Shown here: positions 60,014 through 64,000 of the stretch, piece after piece | Layout of the letters: each line of letters opens with the position of its first letter | Position numbering within the stretch: the first letter of the stretch is position 1 | Source: Octopus sinensis | Taxonomy: Eukaryota | Reading direction: 5' to 3' | Length of the DNA: 64,000 nt | Assembly (NCBI RefSeq): GCF_006345805.1 | Contig: NC_043011.1 | Location: 5,146,001-5,210,000 of the forward strand | Made by a program: the position numbers and the translations under genes | The notes under the pieces: model-generated | What the model was told of the DNA's origin: nothing | Seen by the model: only the letters and a program-made list of their open reading frames with translations | Databases searched by the model: none

Positions 60014-61357
60014 TATAGTTCGAGAAAATTCTTTTTTAGGCACTCAACACCGAACTTATTTGGAATGTTCTAGAAAATTGTCAAATTTCAAAATATTATT
60101 ACCGAAGTTACAAAATCAAGAAGGCAAAGTTTGACGAGGATAATAACCATTAGATGTGCATTTTAGACGTACGGAATAAGGTAATAGCATTTACTCAGGA
60201 GGAAAATATTAGAAAAAGGAAACATTTTTGTTTTACATTATGTAATTTCGCTGAAGTTTGGACATTTTATTTCCTGCAGGTTCAGAACAAATATAATGTT
60301 GTCACTTACTTGTTAATTGTTAAAAAAGAAGAAAAAAAAACAATAAACAATAAATGCTTATGGAGCTAAAACAAAAGAACAAAAAAAACTGACAGAAATG
60401 TGTTTTGTAATGAAACACAAATTAAATAGCAATTTAAATCTATAGAAGCACAGGTGCAACTGACAACAACTGCATGTGAGGATTCCTGCTAATTCTGCTT
60501 CAGAATTATGTTAATGTTACATATGTGTCTGTGAAATATATATATATAGCCACTTGGCCAGTTGATAAATCGATAGGCCGCTCACACAATGCTCTCGACG
60601 GTAGAGTCCACCGCCACCACCACCTATCACAACCACCACCACCGCCATCACCACCACCACCGCCATCACCACCATTAGCATCATCGACGTCGTCATCGTA
60701 ATTATCGTCACCATCTTTGTCATTGTTATAGACCTCACTGTCTTTTAAGAAAGCTTCGTTATTGGTAATTGCTCTGTCATAACTTAAGTGCGTAGTCATT
60801 TTTATATATTCTCCATGATCCAAATGCTGGGGAAAACATCTTAGGAAAACTTCGAACCTATTATATCAATAACACAGATGTTGTCGTAGTTGTGATATAC
60901 TTGTGAGGCTACCAGAAACATGGAAAAGAAAAAGTCTGGGTGATTATTTCATTCTTCAAGCAAGTTGATTGTTTAGTTAGGAGATATAAGAGAATATATT
61001 TGTAAAAACAATACTGCAGGCAAATAATTGAATGCTTTTATTAGTAAATTTGAAGATCAAAATATAAAATGTTCAAGTTGAACCTTAAATTATAAGACCG
61101 GCAAATGACACCGCCCCACAATAATATAACAAATGGTCATATCTCAACAACTATTTTGACATCAGTTTTGGTGTTTTCTGGGAAACAACAAAAATAATGT
61201 CAAAATAGTTGCAAAATATACTTTAAGTACGTCTCAAATCATCCCCGATGAAAATTGTTTGTGGCTTGTATATGACTCAGATCTGCTAGAGTTGACTTGC
61301 TCTATGATGAGTTAGGATATATTCTGGAATCTAAAGAAACTAGAGATGATGACTTAC

Positions 61358-63300
61358 GTTGATTACAATCCGTCAATGGTTCGTAAATGAATTTGATCAT
61401 TTCAATCGTTGCAAGTAGGGAAAAATTTAAGATTCCAAGTCCTTGACCTTCTGATGAGAATGAAGAGAGAATGGATGTCAATGCTGTTGCCGAAAACTCG
61501 CAGAGCATTTAGGATATCTGATAAAATACCTTGCAGTATTTGTCTCGCTCTCTGCTTTCTGTGTTCAAATTCCATCAACAAGGTCAATAGAACATACCAG
61601 TCCAAGACTGTAGAATGATGGAATTGTTAGAGCGTCAAGCAAAACGCCTTGAAATAATTGAACTGACTCAGAGACGACACTGATTTTGAGTTGTAGCGGC
61701 TTTGTCTTTCCTTTGGACAGCATCGGTGGCAAGGATCAGGGAGACTTGCATGCAAGTCTATGGACGACTGCTAGCTTACGCAAGTCCAAGAAAAATTGCT
61801 AGTTTACGGAAAACTGTTTGTTTTCCTTAAAAAATCTTGTCTTAACCTATGCCCTGTGCTTTGGATAGGAACTTTCCGGGTGCAAATTTTCCGATTAATA
61901 GGTGTAAAAGACCATTGATTCTACAAAGACCCAAAATGTTGGATTCCTCACTTACCACTTTTGGGGAGGGGCTTCGTTATCTTTTTTCTTTTTGGTACAC
62001 TTTGAACGGACGTGGTCCTTCTCTCCACACTTGAAGCATCGGGGTCTACGTCCCTCCGCGGCCCCTCTCACTGTCAGCCCCTCCCCCATAAATACCTTGT
62101 CGGATAAATTTTCCGACGTTTCGTTTGCCGCTTGGACTACCATTTCGAGAGTCTGGCCTCTCCAGTTATGACATCCTTCCTCTTCATCTGTAGGATAGAT
62201 ACCTCCTCCTCGACGTCATAAATGACCGCCACTGCTACCCACATAACTTTGTAGCCTCCTGGGATTTCTTCCACTGTGATTTTTGCTGTCCTGCGTTCCA
62301 AGTATGTGGGTAGCAGTATTATTTCTTCATTTTTTAATGTCTTTGTTGACACTTCCTGGGCAACGTTAGCCGTTTGGAACTGCGCTTCAACGGTCGCACT
62401 TCGCGTTCCACGGCTAACGCAGCACACTTGGTTCCATTTTGGTGTCATGCACCTCTCGACTGCTTCATTTTTCGTTTCCATTAACCTTTTCTTCTTTTAA
62501 GTTGTATATTTTATATACGACCGTTCTGGCGTTGATTGCATGTAGTTTCAGGAGGCGGCAACAGTTTAGTGTCGCTGCCACTTTTTAAAATTAAGTTTCT
62601 AAACTTAAAAAGCTGTTCCATTTGAGCCTCTTGCTCGGTAACGTTTCCGCCCACCACGGCTGAGAAACTGGGTTTTTCCTGTGTTTCCTCTTGGTCACTT
62701 TTACGACCTTTCCCCATCACAGGGAAATCTTTACGAGATTCAATATTAAATTCCATTACGAAATTTTAAACTTTGTCACAAATGACAATTCACAAACAAT
62801 AATTAAATAAATGTGATAACCAGTAACGGTTAAACCAAACAGTTTTTCACAAAACTATTTTTTTCAACAGAATTTTCTGCCCCGTAGGGCGAAAATTACT
62901 GTTTCACGACTTAAAGCAAAGTATTCAGTATACAACACAAAGTACAAAAACAAGAACGAACTCACATAACGCTGGATAGCAAAAATCCAATTATGACGCG
63001 CAAAAAGATGATTGGCCAGATGGCGTTGCTGGATTCACCATTCGAACATATAGTTTTCAAAGTGACACATAGTTACTGATCAAAAAATAGAAAGTATTAT
63101 TATTTCTAAATCTCTCAAAGAGAGAATTCGGTAACGGTTCTTTAAAGTAAATGGTATTTCTCAACATAATGTGGCTGTCCTGGCTATATGACACACTATC
63201 TGTGTCTTTATATTTTCGAACTGGGAGCTCAGCACTCCCATCTAGCGTAAAATAATATCTGTGGACTAGTTTCTGGGTTATTGCCACATTATGTTAGCAA

Positions 63301-63355
<55 letters not shown>

Positions 63356-63495
63356 CACACACACACACACAAACACACATTTATATATAATCACCCCATT
63401 TTGAATTATATGGATAATACCATACTAAATTCTAGTGCTTTTAACTTAAGTACCATATTCATCTGAATCTAAATTTTACTGAACTTATATATATA

Positions 63496-63579
<84 letters not shown>

Positions 63580-63627
63580 ATATATACTACTAACCCCAAG
63601 ATTCCAAGTTCGAATAATAATAATAAT

Positions 63628-63665
<38 letters not shown>

Positions 63666-63717
63666 CGAAAAATACTTTAGGAATGAGAATCCAGGTTCGA
63701 AATTTCTCCCAAGACAC
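61358..63717 (-). other. Candidate exons of an unidentified gene: 63676-63717, 63077-63272, 61530-61607, 61358-61450
   Basis: GT-AG bounded, stop-free and phase-compatible (0-0, 0-1, 1-1, 1-1); no homolog recognised. Confidence 0.25.
61860..62900 (-). mobile_element. 5' part of a non-LTR retrotransposon: ORF1 with CCHC zinc knuckle (frameshifted)
   Basis: RPRCFKCGEKDHVRSKC (C-x2-C-x4-H-x4-C) preceded by RSATVEAQF...ILLPTYLERRTAKITV. Confidence 0.65.
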
Positions 63718-64000
63718 CTGAAGAAGGCTGGAGAGTATATCAGATGAGGACAAATATCCGTCGAATGTAAATAATGTAAATAATATACATAATTCCCCAT
63801 CTCTTAAATATAGAAAAGTAGTTCTTCATTTCAGTTGTCCAAAAGAATATCCTCTTGAAAACACACTTAAAGAACGCGTTTATCGTTGCAAACATTGGCA
63901 AAAACATACCTTTAGTTCCTATAAGTAATTTCTACCAATCTCTAAAATTCAACCTTTAACTGTCTTCTTACATTTCATTTCCACTAAATACATCAATTTC

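Noticed and set aside
60815-60906. Plus-strand LRTYYINNTDVVVVV resembling an Arf-family GTPase segment
   Set aside because: Short, stop-bounded, and no P-loop or other GTPase motifs nearby.
61451-61457. CTGATGA hammerhead core
   Set aside because: No stem II, GAAA or stem I partner.

Overview
AT-rich, microsatellite- and SINE-dense eukaryotic genomic DNA. The repeat repertoire points to a cephalopod, probably Octopus (inference, no search run). The one recognisable host gene is mitochondrial methionyl-tRNA formyltransferase (MTFMT/fmt) on the minus strand. Five coding exons (29074-29321, 26729-26786, 16175-16317, 14681-14803, 10772-10874) splice in frame with canonical GT-AG sites. I could not find the remaining 3' exons, so they probably lie left of the window, and the non-coding first exon is unlocated. 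The rest is mostly nested transposable elements: tRNA-derived SINEs (my labels A, B, D, E), an RTE-tailed modular repeat (C), LINE remnants (RTE/BovB-like, CR1, R4/Dong-like, other RLE types, a CCHC ORF1), several Penelope-like elements with hammerhead-ribozyme-like motifs, mariner/maT/hAT remnants including a full-length 2.4 kb Buster/Charlie-type hAT, non-autonomous Helitrons, a solo LTR and several long near-perfect palindromes. A phase-compatible set of possible orphan exons lies at 61.3-63.7 kb (low confidence). No rRNA, true tRNA gene or CRISPR array was found. Repeat boundaries were read by eye and are approximate unless a TSD or TIR is quoted.
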